64,000 bases of DNA from Octopus vulgaris (Eukaryota): the NCBI GenBank assembly GCA_951406725.2, contig OX597820.1, positions 86,366,001-86,430,000 on the forward strand, given 5' to 3'. This document shows positions 38,073 to 51,814 of the stretch, piece after piece (the first letter of the stretch is position 1; each line of letters begins with the position of its first letter). Position numbers and translations under genes: made by a program. The notes below the pieces were generated by a model, which searched no databases, had not been told where the DNA came from, and was given only the letters and a program-made list of their open reading frames with translations.

Positions 38073-39396
38073 TGGAAGCTACAGTACGACTGCTTTACTT
38101 GCTAAAAATAACAAGCAGATACGCTCAAAGCATATTCTTCTATCATAAAAAGTGTAAAGATTCTGAAAAATATCTTAACAGAGAGAGGTGATAGTTGCAC
38201 GATACCTTATCGTTTTATGGCTGTTTAATCAGAGATAGCCTTGAACTCACCACTCCCTATTACAAACAACAACAAAGGCCATACTGACGCCCAAATAATT
38301 TATCCTATACGCTGTAGGGCACACGGCCAGTGCTTTTTCAACAATGATTTCTAATAATGAAAAGGCTGCTCGGTAAAGTTGATGCAAACGTATGTAGTAT
38401 AGTGCGGAAATTTTAATGAATAAAAATGACACCCATGATGATGTAAAAGATTCATTAGTTCAATTAGCAATTCTAGTGAATAAATGCAGGAAAGACATCC
38501 GATGTTTTAATTAGTTAAAATTAATAAAAAAAAAAAAGAATATGTGCAGAAATATGTAGGAACACAACACTCGATTGATATTTATTTTATCGCCTTACGT
38601 TTGTAACTAGGCAGATTGGGAGATTTCTAGAAAGATTGTCTTGGGACACAGTTGAGGACTGTTAACAGAATATAAAAACCCTGTATACATGGCTGCCGTT
38701 ATCTGTAACCTTTAATGATTCATGTTTAATTACTGGTTTTTTTAAAAATTATTTTCTAAAAGAATTTTAGTGTTTAATGAAAATATTTTATCAGCGTTTT
38801 GTAGAAAGAAACTTATCACAGATTAATGTTGTCAGTGAGTATTCGTGCGGCGCCAGAGATAATATGAGAAATCAAGTTAAATTCTAAAATTATATTCACA
38901 TCGCAAGGGAAACGAAATGTCGAGAGAAACACATTAATTTCTCTTAAAATCGCTTTTCAAATGATTTTCATGACTTGTACATTTGTGATTTTTGTTTTCT
39001 TTTTTATAATAACGTGTTGATAATTTACTCTTCTTAAGTGTATAAAATTTGTTTGTTGCTTCGAGAGGAGTAATTTAATTTTTTTTAAATTTCTGTGTCA
39101 TTTACTGTAGGCCAGGTTGAATGATTAAATATTTCGTTTTTTAACTGTATAGTTTCAGATTTGAACCCGCTACCCGGTGTTTTGTATTTCAGTAGACCTA
39201 AGCATTGTGATTAAAACTGAGTAACTGACTAGTACTGAAGTCTATCGGATGGCTTGAAGCTGACATATCGTAACCGTCTCCTTTTCTCTCTACGAGGAGC
39301 GCTCCAAGATCATTTTCGCTACTGTTGAATAGTAATAACAAAAATTAATTTCGTTAGTGGTCTATAGTCACCATGGAGGCGAGGTATACAGAAGTA

Positions 39397-39629
39397 GCAG
39401 GCGGCGAGCTGGCAGAATCGTTAGCACGCCGGCCGAAATGTCTAGCGGTATTTCGTCTGTCGTTACGTTCTGAGTTCAAATTCAACCGAGGTCGACTTTG
39501 CCTTTCATCCTTTCGGGGTTGATAAATTAAGTACCAGTTACGCACTGGAGTCGGTGTAATCGACTTAATCCGTTTGTCTGTCCTTGTTTGTCCCCTCTGT
39601 GTTTAGCTCCTTGTGTGTAGTAAAGAAAT
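39397..39629 (+). mobile_element. Full-length family A SINE (tail type 2) with 15-bp TSD
   Basis: TSD AGGTATACAGAAGTA at 39382-39396 and 39630-39644; intact A and B boxes. Confidence 0.92.
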
Positions 39630-39798
39630 AGGTATACAGAAGTATCCGTAAAACTTTCTTCTTATGTCTAGAAAACAGTCGTCATATTCTAAATAGTTGT
39701 CTCTAGGATAATCCATTCATATGCAACCATGCATATGAAATATCTCAGGAGTGTATCGTGAATTTCATTATTACAATTTGTTGTGCAAACAAACTCAC

Positions 39799-39862
39799 GC
39801 AAACTCCACTTTGGACTGGTCTCAGAATCAAGTAGCAAGCAGTTTGGTTTCTTCTTTCTAAT
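39799..39862 (-). CDS. Weak candidate 64-nt internal exon (IRKKKPNCLLLDSETSPKWSL in phase 0)
   Basis: Minus: ttttttgtcagttattgtAG acceptor, GTGAGT donor, non-repetitive and open in two frames; no recognised homology. Confidence 0.3.
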
Positions 39863-41311
39863 CTACAATAACTGACAAAAAAGTTCCAAGAATGTGTATA
39901 AGCATGAATGCAATGGAATTTTAAAAATTTTACGTGCTGAACTACTCTTCAGAAACTGAATTACATAAAGTAGATGCATTTGTTTGCTAACTTCAAACGC
40001 TGCCTCTTCAATACATGAAGAAAAGCTGCCGAAGAAAGACTATCGTTTTCTAATCATTCATCACAAGTTTTTAAACACATAACCTTGATGTGGAACTCAA
40101 TCACTTTGTACTCATATGGAACAAATTATACATATCGTTCTCCATTAAACTATAATTTTGTGTTTAACAATAACATTTGCAATATAAATTGATGTTTATG
40201 CTGTTTAGATCCTGATTAATGTTAACCAAAGAAAACGGCATTTAAAATATTCCTACCACGACTCTTTTATCTTTTGTAAGAATATATTTTCTAATGTGAT
40301 CTTTGCTTAGAGTGGTGGCGAAATGTGATTTCAAGGAAGTATAGAATATTACGAGTGAGTGCCTTGACTTCAGTGTATTAACTTGGACGTTGTTGTTGTT
40401 GTTTTGGGGAGTTTGTATTTGCGATTGATGCTTCTCATCTGATTTACTTTATTACTCGGAAAAAATTAAGTTTCTGCACCTACTCGACTCTGCTATCGTT
40501 CTTCAATTTCAGTTTTCTTTTTGAAATTCTCCTTCGTTTCAGTGTAGCAACTTTTATCGCCTTCTTGCCGTTTAAATATTAGCTATAGAGTAGAGAACCT
40601 TTCGTATGTTATAAAGCTATTCTCCAGAAACACATAACCGAGACATATACCTACGATGTAACGCTTTACTATAGATAACTAGTGTGTGTACATGTGTGTG
40701 CTTGTGTACGTATATGGGTGGGTGTGCGCTAGTGTGTATGTGCGTGCGTGCGTGTGTGTGTGTGGTTGTGTGTGTGTGTGCGTGTGTGTGGTTATGTGTG
40801 TGTGTGTCTAATGTGTGTCCTGTTTGCTTGTTGATAGGAGCAGTCAGCATAAAAGCATTCATTTTAGCAAGAGTGAGATATAATCAACACCGGAGTTATA
40901 CGTGAGCTACTTCGAATTTCTTGCTCGAGAAGAACACTATCAGACTGGCTTGTATAGTTAAAGTGCACTATCCAGCAATCAAAGAGGGTCATATGACATG
41001 GCTACTCCGCGAGAAAATACGGTACAAAAATACAAGGAATACACGTTAAAAAGCGACCTAAAGGGCAAAAGGACAATTCTGCTTCTTTTATCCACAAATG
41101 GAAAAGATGGTTAATATAGCATAATGTATTTTAACTAGAAAGTGTCATATAGAAGACGACACAAATTATACCTAGTAGAAGTAGTTATATCAGTCTTAAA
41201 GATTTCTGGACTGTGTGCGGTACGCTATATATAACCACCTGATTACTGCGCTACCTGACAATGAAACACGTATAACTCTTGTATCCATACATACATACAT
41301 ACATACATACA

Positions 41312-41344
<33 letters not shown>

Positions 41345-41549
41345 GTGTATATATATATATATAACATGTTGAGTTGTGGGGTACCGCACGAGTGGAATTA
41401 TATACGAAAGAAGGTTTGAAAATGCAATTTAAAAGATGTTTATTTACTTTACCGGTTTCACTCTTTGGAAAAAGATTGTCAAAAGTAACATGTGGAAGTT
41501 TGGTTGCGTTAATTATTGGTTGTTGCAAATTGCTACATTACATATATAT

Positions 41550-41920
41550 ATACAGTCTTTGGTAACAGGGACATGTTAAGGACATAAAAAAGTTCAACAA
41601 GTTCCTTAAAACATTGGGCAAAAAAGATTACATAAATAATCGTTCTCAAGGACATACTTAAGATAGTTTCCAGAAGGAATTGATATTGGTACTGTATCTG
41701 TATATTCAAACATGCACAGAATATTGGTTGACACAGAGTACTATAATCCATATAAATATACAGTCTTTGGTGATCACCGTATGTTGAGAATATAAGAAAG
41801 TTTAACAAGCTCATTGAAAAAATGGGCAGAAAAGATTAAAACAAATATATTATACATCTCAGGGTAATTTCCAGGAGGAATTATTATTAAAAAAAGTTCA
41901 GTATACACACAGAATATAAT
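41550..41920. repeat. Old diverged tandem duplication, period ~209 bp
   Basis: ATACAGTCTTTGGT...AAAGTT.AACAAG...TGGGCA.AAAAGATTA...TTTCCAG.AGGAATT...CACAGAATAT occurs from 41550 and from 41759. Confidence 0.75.
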
Positions 41921-42170
41921 GAGTTCAAAAAGATTTACATTAATGTAGTGGTGAGGTTGTTACTAACCTGTCCGTTTTAGCAGAAATGTGGAATTGAATA
42001 GAATGTACCCGTTTTTTTCTTTTTTTTGGTATATATATATATATATATATATATATACTTTATTTAAAAGAAGCAGCAATTCTGCTGCTTTTAAATAAAG
42101 CATATTACTCTACCCCTGGTATTTGAGTACTCTTTTTTTTCACCTTGTTTCACATTTATGTCTTTACTCC

Positions 42171-42241
<71 letters not shown>

Positions 42242-42324
42242 ATATATATACATATATATACACATACATATATATATATATACATAAATATATACATATA
42301 TATATATATACATAATATATATGC

Positions 42325-42367
<43 letters not shown>

Positions 42368-42374
42368 TATATAT

Positions 42375-42775
42375 ATTCTTTTATTTCTTTACTTGTTTCA
42401 GTCATTTGACTGCGGCCATGCTGGAGCACCGCCTTTGGTCGAGCAAATCCGCCCCAGGACTTATTCTTTGTGAGCCTAGTACTTATTCTATCGGTCTCTT
42501 TTCCCGAACCACTAGGTTACAAGGACATGAACACACCAGCATCGGTTCTCAATCGATATTAGCAGGGGCAAGCACAGACACACAAAACACACACATACAC
42601 ACACACACACACACACATCCACACACACACACTAATGTGTACCAAAATCCACTCTCACGTTTTTGGTCACCCCGAGGCTATATTAGAAGACATTTGCCCA
42701 AGGTGCCACGCAGTCGGACTGAACCCGGAGCCATGTGGTTGGAAAACAAGCTACTTACCACACAGTCACTCCTGC
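42375..42775 (-). mobile_element. Family B SINE, near full length
   Basis: Colinear with 19135-19588 and 59168-59545. Confidence 0.88.
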
Positions 42776-42865
42776 GTCTGCGTGTACACAGACACACACA
42801 CACACATGCATATATATATATACATGGATATATACATACGTATATGTACATACCTACATCTATAC

Positions 42866-42912
<47 letters not shown>

Positions 42913-43533
42913 CATACGTGGACACATGACGTCATGAAACGTGTACAACAAAAATACGATGCACGAGTACATGGAACATGAAATATTCTTTCGAACAACA
43001 AAAGACACAAATGGAAAACGGAACACACAACATAAAGAACGACTTTTCTTCAGTTGTTGGCTGTTTTTCTAGTCTCGTATTTCGAGCATTTAACAACAAA
43101 ATACGCTTTCGATAAAACAGTTGCTCCCGCAAAGGAAATTAAATAAAATTTGAGATTTTTGCGGAGGGTCAAAATGGTAACACAAAAAAGACAGTGGAAA
43201 CAAACAGGAAGGGCTGCTAAGTCTAAACGAGGTTGTGGTTGCGAATGAGTAAATCAAGCGTGGACAGGAGAAAACAAGAACACGTCTTCCTTGTTCCTGC
43301 TACAACGGAGAGAATGAAAGAAACACAAGTTAGGAGAAGAAAGATGGTCGATGGTTTCGTGAGAGCCACGTGAGCAAGGGAGGATGAGTGAAGGAGGCAG
43401 AGTGACAGAGTAATGCGAAAGAATATTGGGTGACATATATATAGTTGAAATTTACAGAAAAATAAAAGACGAAGATAAATGTATCAACCACAAGCAGGCG
43501 TATCAGTTTGACGCTCGGGAAAGTGAGAAAGTA

Positions 43534-43567
43534 TTTTACGTTTCGAGCGTTGCTCTTCAACAGAAAG
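43534..43567 (-). ncRNA. Hammerhead-like motif, family H2 (variant core CTGTTGA)
   Basis: Minus: CTTT-CTGTTGA-A-GAGC-AAC-GCTC-GAAAC-GTA-AAA; within a repeat homologous to 62710-62857. Confidence 0.55.
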
Positions 43568-43617
43568 GAGTAAGAGAAAATAGATAGAGAGAGAATAAAA
43601 AAAACTTGTGGATTTAG

Positions 43618-44108
43618 CGATGAAGCATGGCGCACATGGACTGGTTCTGACATTACTGAAGAAATTTTACATGTCACCTTATCTAAAATATTTATACTGC
43701 CCTTCGGTGTATTTAGTGGGGTCCCCTGTGTTACAAATTATTGGATCAGGTCTGCAGGCTAAGTAATATTTCTTCTCTTCCTTATTTCTTTCTCTTTCCT
43801 CTATCATGCCATATTGACCCTCAACTGAATTTGAGTTACTTCCCTTCCTACTTTGCCAAATCTATATGAAAAGGCATATATATATATATATTCTGCCGAG
43901 GGTCAACATGGCATGATAGAGGGAAGAAAAAGAGAGTAAGAAATAAGGAAGAGAAGAAATATTACTTAGTCTGCAGACCTGATCCCACTGTTTGCAACAG
44001 AGGAGACTCCACGAAATACATCGAACGACAGTATAATAACTTTAGATGAGGTAACGTTAAGTTTTTCAGTAATGCCAGATCCAGTACATGTGATGCGCTT
44101 CCACATCG
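43618..44108. repeat. Long inverted repeat (arms ~43618-43830 and ~43890-44108, ~60-bp spacer); MITE-like fold-back
   Basis: GGATCAGGTCTGCAGGCTAAGTAATATTTCTTCTCTTCCTTATTTCTT pairs with AAGAAATAAGGAAGAGAAGAAATATTACTTAGTCTGCAGACCTGATCC; homology continues to both ends. Confidence 0.88.
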
Positions 44109-44605
44109 TCTCTCTCTACCAATTTCACTTACAAGCACTTAGTCAACGTAAAGATTTCTTTAAAGACACTTGCGGAAGCTGCCATATATTCGGATCGACT
44201 TCTTAGTAATATATAAAATACTGAATAGGTAAAATATTGAATGTTCAGAGGGGATGGCAGTTCATAACTCCATTATGATTTCAACAGAGACTGTTATCTT
44301 CAATTATCAATAACATATGGAATCATATGCAATGATTTTCTTTTTTAAGATTATATTATTAATGAGCAAATATACAATTCTCTTTACCTTCGTTCCTACT
44401 CAAGAAGGAGGCGAGGAATAATCTTAGAATTTGGAAAAATCGAAATTAAATTAAAATATAAAATAGTACTGGTACCATGGTGGACATCCTGGACAAGTTT
44501 CGGCTTTATTAAAATTCATCAGTGAATTAATAGTCTAGACGTTAATGTAAAAGTTTAAGCGACTCGATTAGATATATAAGAATGAATAATGATGGATCGG
44601 AAAAA

Positions 44606-44724
44606 ATTCTTTTATTATTAACAGGAAATATTTCTTTTATTATTTACAGGAAATATTTCTTTTATTATTTACAGGAAATATTTCTTTTATTATTTACAGG
44701 AAATATTTCTTTTATTATTTACAG
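44606..44724. repeat. 25-bp minisatellite TTTCTTTTATTATTTACAGGAAATA, ~4.7 copies
   Basis: Direct reading; copies almost identical. Confidence 0.92.
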
Positions 44725-45347
44725 AGTTTTAATCTAAACTAAGCAATGTAAAACCCACTACGATTATCTGCATCATTCCGAGACACTCTTAGCATCTGAT
44801 GACCTGATTTTGAAACTCTTCATTATACAAAATAATTCTCCAGCATACAAAAGGCCGGGCTCCACACTTTATCTGTCGTGCAATCGATGAAGTGGTCCAT
44901 ATTTTCACAAATATAGATGGGACGCTTTTCAAGACAGTAAAGACGTGCGTATGACAGAATACTTGGAGTACAGTAAAGATGTGACTACGTTTTCTAGTAA
45001 TATGTCCAGGACACATGGTAATTATATGTAAATATAAATTTCACAAGTATATGTATTGGACTCTTCTTAGTCAGAAATCGATTGCAGAGTATTTTATAGA
45101 AATCTCTTGTGCGTAATTTCCAATGGATTAACTATTGATAATATTTCACTGGCACACACGTTTATGTGTGTGTGTGTGGTTTGAGTGTGTGTTTTTGTGA
45201 GGGCGTGTGCACGCACGCACACGCACACACACATACACATACACATAAACGTATACACACACACACACATACATATATATATACATATACGTATTTATAT
45301 ATATATATATATATGTCTATATATGTATATATGTATATATATATGTC

Positions 45348-45391
<44 letters not shown>

Positions 45392-46223
45392 CATACATAC
45401 ATGCACAAGCATATATAATTGTATGTGCGTGTATGTGTGTACTCAGTCAATTGTATGTATACTTCCATCTACCTAAACACACATTTATACATGCTCGCCC
45501 AAAAGCACAGCGTGAAATATGTTGACCAAGCCTACGTAGAACTAGAAACACGAAGATATATATTCGAAATATAGACACTTGTATATATATACACATGCAG
45601 ATTTATACAGACTAAGATAAAACTACAATTGAAATACACACAACTAACACTTGTACCAAATTACTCTCTTTCACCATCTATCTGTGTATACGCACATATA
45701 GGTGTATATGTGCGTCTGTATACGTGTGCGTGTGTATACGTGTGCGTGTGTGCATGTGTATGCGTGTAATATATGTATACATATATAAACGCTCACACAA
45801 ACACACATAAAACATATGTTTGAATGCACACATACATATATACCTATATACATGAAGAGACACATCCACTGATACATGCATGAACTTTTGCTATATTTGC
45901 AGATCTATGCGTATGCAAATAAAAGCTATTTAATATATGTATATGTATACATATAGATGAATGTACATACATGCATATGTACAGAAAGCATATGAACATA
46001 TACTACTTCAAAATGTATACACTTATGTAAAGAAATTTACACACACATACATATATATACATACATACATACATACACACATACATACATAAACACACAT
46101 ATGTACGTATATATACATGCATATATATATATGCATATATATATATATAGATATAGATAGATTGACAGGTGTTTTCATATATATATGTATATATCTATCA
46201 ATCTATCTATCAATATATCTATA

Positions 46224-46269
<46 letters not shown>

Positions 46270-46315
46270 TATATGTATGTATATATATATGTATATATAT
46301 ATATATGTATGAATG

Positions 46316-46352
<37 letters not shown>

Positions 46353-46803
46353 GTGTATGTGTGACTGCATAGATATGCACAATACAACACATATACATCT
46401 ACATATGCGAGCTAGCACAAATACACATACACGAACACACACGTACACACGTAAGTATTCTAGTCAAATAAATACATTTATTACATTTGTGTATATATAT
46501 ATATACGTAAGTATATATGTGTATGTATATATATATTTATATATAATTTGTTTACAATAACTCGCAAATAAAGAATTGTGCACACATATCGAAACACATA
46601 CCCAACTTCAAACACAAGCGCGTGCACTCTTACATACACATATGCATACATGTATAGATTACATAGATGCCTTTGTTATTCAACATATTGACGTACAGAC
46701 ATATGAAAACTATTCATAAAAATATCGTAGATATATATATATGCCAAGAAACACACACACACGGAAATGAACATCTGTGTGTGTGTGCGCGCGTCTCTGT
46801 GAG

Positions 46804-46863
<60 letters not shown>

Positions 46864-47461
46864 ATCATATGCATGCACATGTACAAACACACACGCACCA
46901 TTACAGACATTATGAACAACAAAATATGCACAGGACAAACAGATAATCTTGAACTTCTTTGCCACCGAATATTTTCATTTGAAAACAAAACAGGAGAAAA
47001 AGAACTGTCAAGTTTCGATCTCCCGTTGGGAATAAACGCATCCATTGGTCTCATTTTGCTCTTGTCAGGAATAAAAACTGGCAGGCTACTGAGAATTGCG
47101 TTTGTCTTTTAGATAATTCCTGCCATTCAGTATCAGTAGATTGGCAAATAATGTATTGTATATGCAATATACACGCATAGGTGTACGTATATGTGTATAT
47201 ATTTATGTGTGTGTGTGTGTGTGCTTGAATGTATATGCACTTCTATACACACACACCGCATATATAAGGACAGACTTATTCGCATATACGTAGCGCATGA
47301 TATAGATTTATATCAATATTTATATATATATATATTTGCACATACACGCACATATATACATGTGTGTGCATGTGTATGTATGTATACATGCATTTATGCA
47401 AAGAGTAGTGTGTAAATATGCATGAATATATATGTATACTACAACAGCATATAAGTATATA

Positions 47462-47536
<75 letters not shown>

Positions 47537-47989
47537 TTTGTGTGTATGCGTGTCTATGTGTATGCGTGTCTATGTTTATGGGTGTATTCAAATATAGTGA
47601 GCAGAAGCTCCTTTAGGTATAGAGCTTAGATGACGATTTCCGTTGACCGTTGTACAGTGGAATGAGATGGACAGACCATAAATATCAAATTGATATTATC
47701 ATGAGATTTCATCCATTTTGCTTCAGCAATGAATAATGTATACAAAATGGCGAACAACTTATTGTCTTTCGATATGTTCTTACCCTTGTTGTGGTTATTT
47801 TATTGTTTTTTATTAGATATTTTAAATATTTTGCTCTTGTTTTATTATTGATGTCGATGTGTGATATTGTTTTGTTCTATTTCTTTTTTTTTTTTCTTGG
47901 TTGCGACGGTGGTAGTAGGAGGTAATTTTTTTTTTTATTCTGTGCGAAATCTCTGAGGATTATAATAACAACAGTAATAATAATAATAA

Positions 47990-48058
<69 letters not shown>

Positions 48059-48179
48059 TGATGATGATGATGATGGTGCATAAGGATAAAGAACTATAGC
48101 TAAACTGTCGCCTATAAGAAGCTCTATGGATTGCATGATTCTTAGAAAGCAAAATAATGAATTACCAATAGTAAATTTA

Positions 48180-48267
48180 TAAGAGAAAGAAAGGAAGAAT
48201 GAAAGAAAGAAACAAACAAACAAACAAACAAACAAACAAATGGAGGAATGAAGGAAGGAAGGGCGGA

Positions 48268-48327
<60 letters not shown>

Positions 48328-48425
48328 GAAAAGGAAGAAACAGACAAACAAATGGAGGAAGGAAGGGAGGGCGGAAAATAAGAAAGAAAGAAAGAAAGAA
48401 AGGAAGAAAGAAAGAAAGGAAGAAA

Positions 48426-48487
<62 letters not shown>

Positions 48488-48490
48488 GAA
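48180..48490. repeat. (AAAG)n/(AAAC)n purine tract with ~112-bp internal duplication
   Basis: ACAAATGGAGGAA...GGGCGGAAA seen at ~48236 and ~48348. Confidence 0.9.
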
Positions 48491-48513
48491 GTGAGTGATA
48501 TGGTCGACCACAA

Positions 48514-48561
<48 letters not shown>

Positions 48562-49069
48562 CTCGATTTTGTACCCAGAACCCGCTGTTTCGTGATACGA
48601 TCAAGCTGCAGCTTTCATTCATATCGTATCTTTAAAATTATTCAATTATTTGCGGATTTTGGTTGCTCCATAAACATTTTTCAGTATTTATTTTTATTGT
48701 AACGTTATATGTAAATGAAAGAAACTGAACAATATTGTAACATTTTCCATTGTTTCACTTATATTACAAGTAATGGACTACTCAGATGTACGCTTTCAGA
48801 GATAGTGAATTCTAACAACATTGAAAGTAGAATAAAGTCTCTGGTAGCGTAATATTTTGCAAATTGCCGTCCTTTTGTAAGTCTCCCATTTTCCCTCTTT
48901 CCTTCTCTCCCTTTATCATTCCTCCTCTCTCTGTCTCTTTCCTTCTCTGTACCGTTCTTTCTCGCACGTTTATCTCTTTCTTTCTCTCCTTCCCTTTCTT
49001 TCTTTTTCTTCTCTCTCAGCATCACCATCATCATCATCCTCATCATTATCACTATTATCATTATTATTA

Positions 49070-49447
49070 TTTTATGTTTAAGTTTTGTTTTACGTTTGTA
49101 CAAGTTGGCTCCAAGTCTCAACCAGAGATCTCAAGAGACAGTAAGCTGGAAGTTCAAGTTGTAGTTATGCCTAGGGTGCCATATATTTCGTTTTGTACCT
49201 AGTGTTATTCTAGAGAATGTTTAAGAAACCATAAGAAAATTATGTTTGTTTTAAAACTTGAGATTACATAGAAAGTATTTTGCGTAGGATATGAGCGGTT
49301 CCCATGAGCACTATCTTTTGAATTTCTGCCATTTTAGTGTTTCCTGGTATCTGAACTTGGTAGCAATCAGCCCCTTTTGCTATCATTCCCAGGGCACCTA
49401 TGACAACAGGTATTGTTTTAGTCTTCAGGTTCCACATTTTGCTAATT
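49070..49447 (-). mobile_element. 3' end of an R4/Dong-like RLE non-LTR retrotransposon (ORF C-terminus 49447-49264 plus 3' UTR ending in (AAT)n)
   Basis: Minus translation ISKMWNLKTKTIPVVIGALGMIAKGADCYQVQIPGNTKMAEIQKIVLMGTAHILRKILSM*; 3' end runs into AATAATAAT, consistent with the (TAA)n targeting known for Dong. Confidence 0.88.
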
Positions 49448-49592
49448 ACATCGACTCCAGTACGTAACTGGTACTTAATTTATCGACCCCGAAAGGATGA
49501 ACGGTAAAGTCGACCTCGGCGGAATTTGAACTCGGAACGTAACGACAGACGAAATACGGCTACGCATTTCACCCGGTGTGCAAACGTTTCTG
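49445..49592 (-). mobile_element. Family A SINE lacking its own tail, abutting the LINE fragment (see findings for the orientation caveat)
   Basis: + strand TTACATCGACTCCAGTACGTAACTGGTACTTAATTTATCGACCCCGAAAGGATGAA...GAATTTGAACTC is the reverse complement of the SINE body. Confidence 0.88.
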
Positions 49593-50486
49593 GGAGAGAG
49601 AGTGGGGTCAGAGAGAGAGATTTACGGTACTGGTAACGCACATATACACAGACATACACACATACACTTGTATACATATGAACAGAGATGAAAATTAACA
49701 AGTCATTTTGTTCTCACCAGTCAGGAATTATTATAGAGTTTGTGAATTCAGGAAAAAAAGTTAGATACATTTCCATCACTGGTAATTTGAGCTTCCAATT
49801 TGAATTTATTTCCGAAATATACATTCAGAAAGGCTTTTTCAGCTGGAGATTTTTTATCCATTTCTTTTTTTACTGTACTCACTTATATTTCATTCAGACG
49901 TGTTATGTATTGGGCATGTAGCGGTTTCTACTGTTGTTCTAATATTTTTTGAGTCTGAAAACTTTTCGTTTTATTTGTTACTATTACAATCTGACCTTCA
50001 CAAGTTATATTTGTAGTTCTATAGAGGATATATCAGCACTTTCTTGTTACAGAACTGCCTATCTCTCATTTTTCGTGTTTATTATCACACAGCGATGCAA
50101 TTAAGCTGGTGTATTCTAAATAAAATCATTAGTTTTACTTATTTTTCTGTCTAGTTTTGTTAGTTCCCTTAGCGTCCAATAGAAAATAATATAATTATAA
50201 CTCATTATTGGAACACCTAGACTATTGATTCTTATTTATTTTTGACGCTTAATTCTGCTTCGCGTATTAATCTAAGATGTACATACATACACATATACAA
50301 CCACATACACACACACACGCACGCGCACACACATACACACACACAAACACACACACATATATATATATATATTAAACTTCGCTTCGTTTCTGTGTTGCGT
50401 ACTTCGGTCATTATTTCCAAAATAATTGTCAGGATTTGGTTTGATTCTCATACATCTGTTTCTTTATCTACTGTCGTTTCATCAAA

Positions 50487-50519
<33 letters not shown>

Positions 50520-50523
50520 CATT

Positions 50524-50555
<32 letters not shown>

Positions 50556-51332
50556 TATGAATATATAACGATGTAACTATGATTCCTGCTTGGCAATGCT
50601 ACTGTTGTGAATTACCGACTCGGGATAACATTTACACCAATGAGAGATGTTAATCCTTATTTGAATGTCTTGAAAAATCGGTAAGAGAAGTAAAAGAACG
50701 CACTTTTACAATACACCTGTAAATCGGAGAACATACAGAGGGAAGTTGTCCTTGGCCGCCGGAGTAATCCAAGATTTGTCCTTGTTTATTAAGGAAAGAA
50801 TGAAATGAAAGAATGCTTTGTTCTGCTTAGCCTTTTTTTAAAGTTTATTTCCTCATATGCCGTCCCAATGCCAAATATATAAAGCATTCTTAACGTGCTG
50901 GACAAAATGCATACCGGCATTTTATCTGCCTTTACATTCTGAGTTCAATTTCTAACGAGGATAACCTTTGCTTTCCATGATGAGTGTTGTTAAAATGACA
51001 CTTAATTCTACTGCACGTACTAATCTAAGATATACATACTTGCATACAAACACGCGCGTACACATACACACACATAAACATAAACTCACTCACACACATT
51101 CACATGTATATTCATTTATTCTTTTATTCTCTCACTTGTTTCAGTCATTTGACTGCAACGAATCGGCCCCAGGACTTATTATCTGTAAATCTAGTACCTA
51201 TTCTATTAGTTCTTTTACCGAAAGGCCAAGTTACGTGGACGTAAATGCACCAACATCGGCTCACAAACGATAGGGGGGGGGACAATTACAGACACATATA
51301 CATCAATACATATATATACATGTATGTACGTA

Positions 51333-51380
<48 letters not shown>

Positions 51381-51648
51381 TATATATATTGGATAATAAA
51401 ACAAATTATTTACACCTGGTAGCTTACTGGAAAAGCACGGTCAATTCAGAGTGATTGCTATGTATATGCCAAATTTATATGATAAATTCTCGTATATTCC
51501 ATCTTCCGTCTTTCATTTGTCATATATATATATTTATATATATATGATTTATATTTGTGAAATATTTATAAATTTAACCTTTAAAGGTAAAAATTTGATA
51601 TGCTGGCCATTGATAAAAATTTTTCACGAAAAAAATTTTATCCTACAT

Positions 51649-51741
<93 letters not shown>

Positions 51742-51759
51742 CAATATATATATATATAT

Positions 51760-51814
<55 letters not shown>

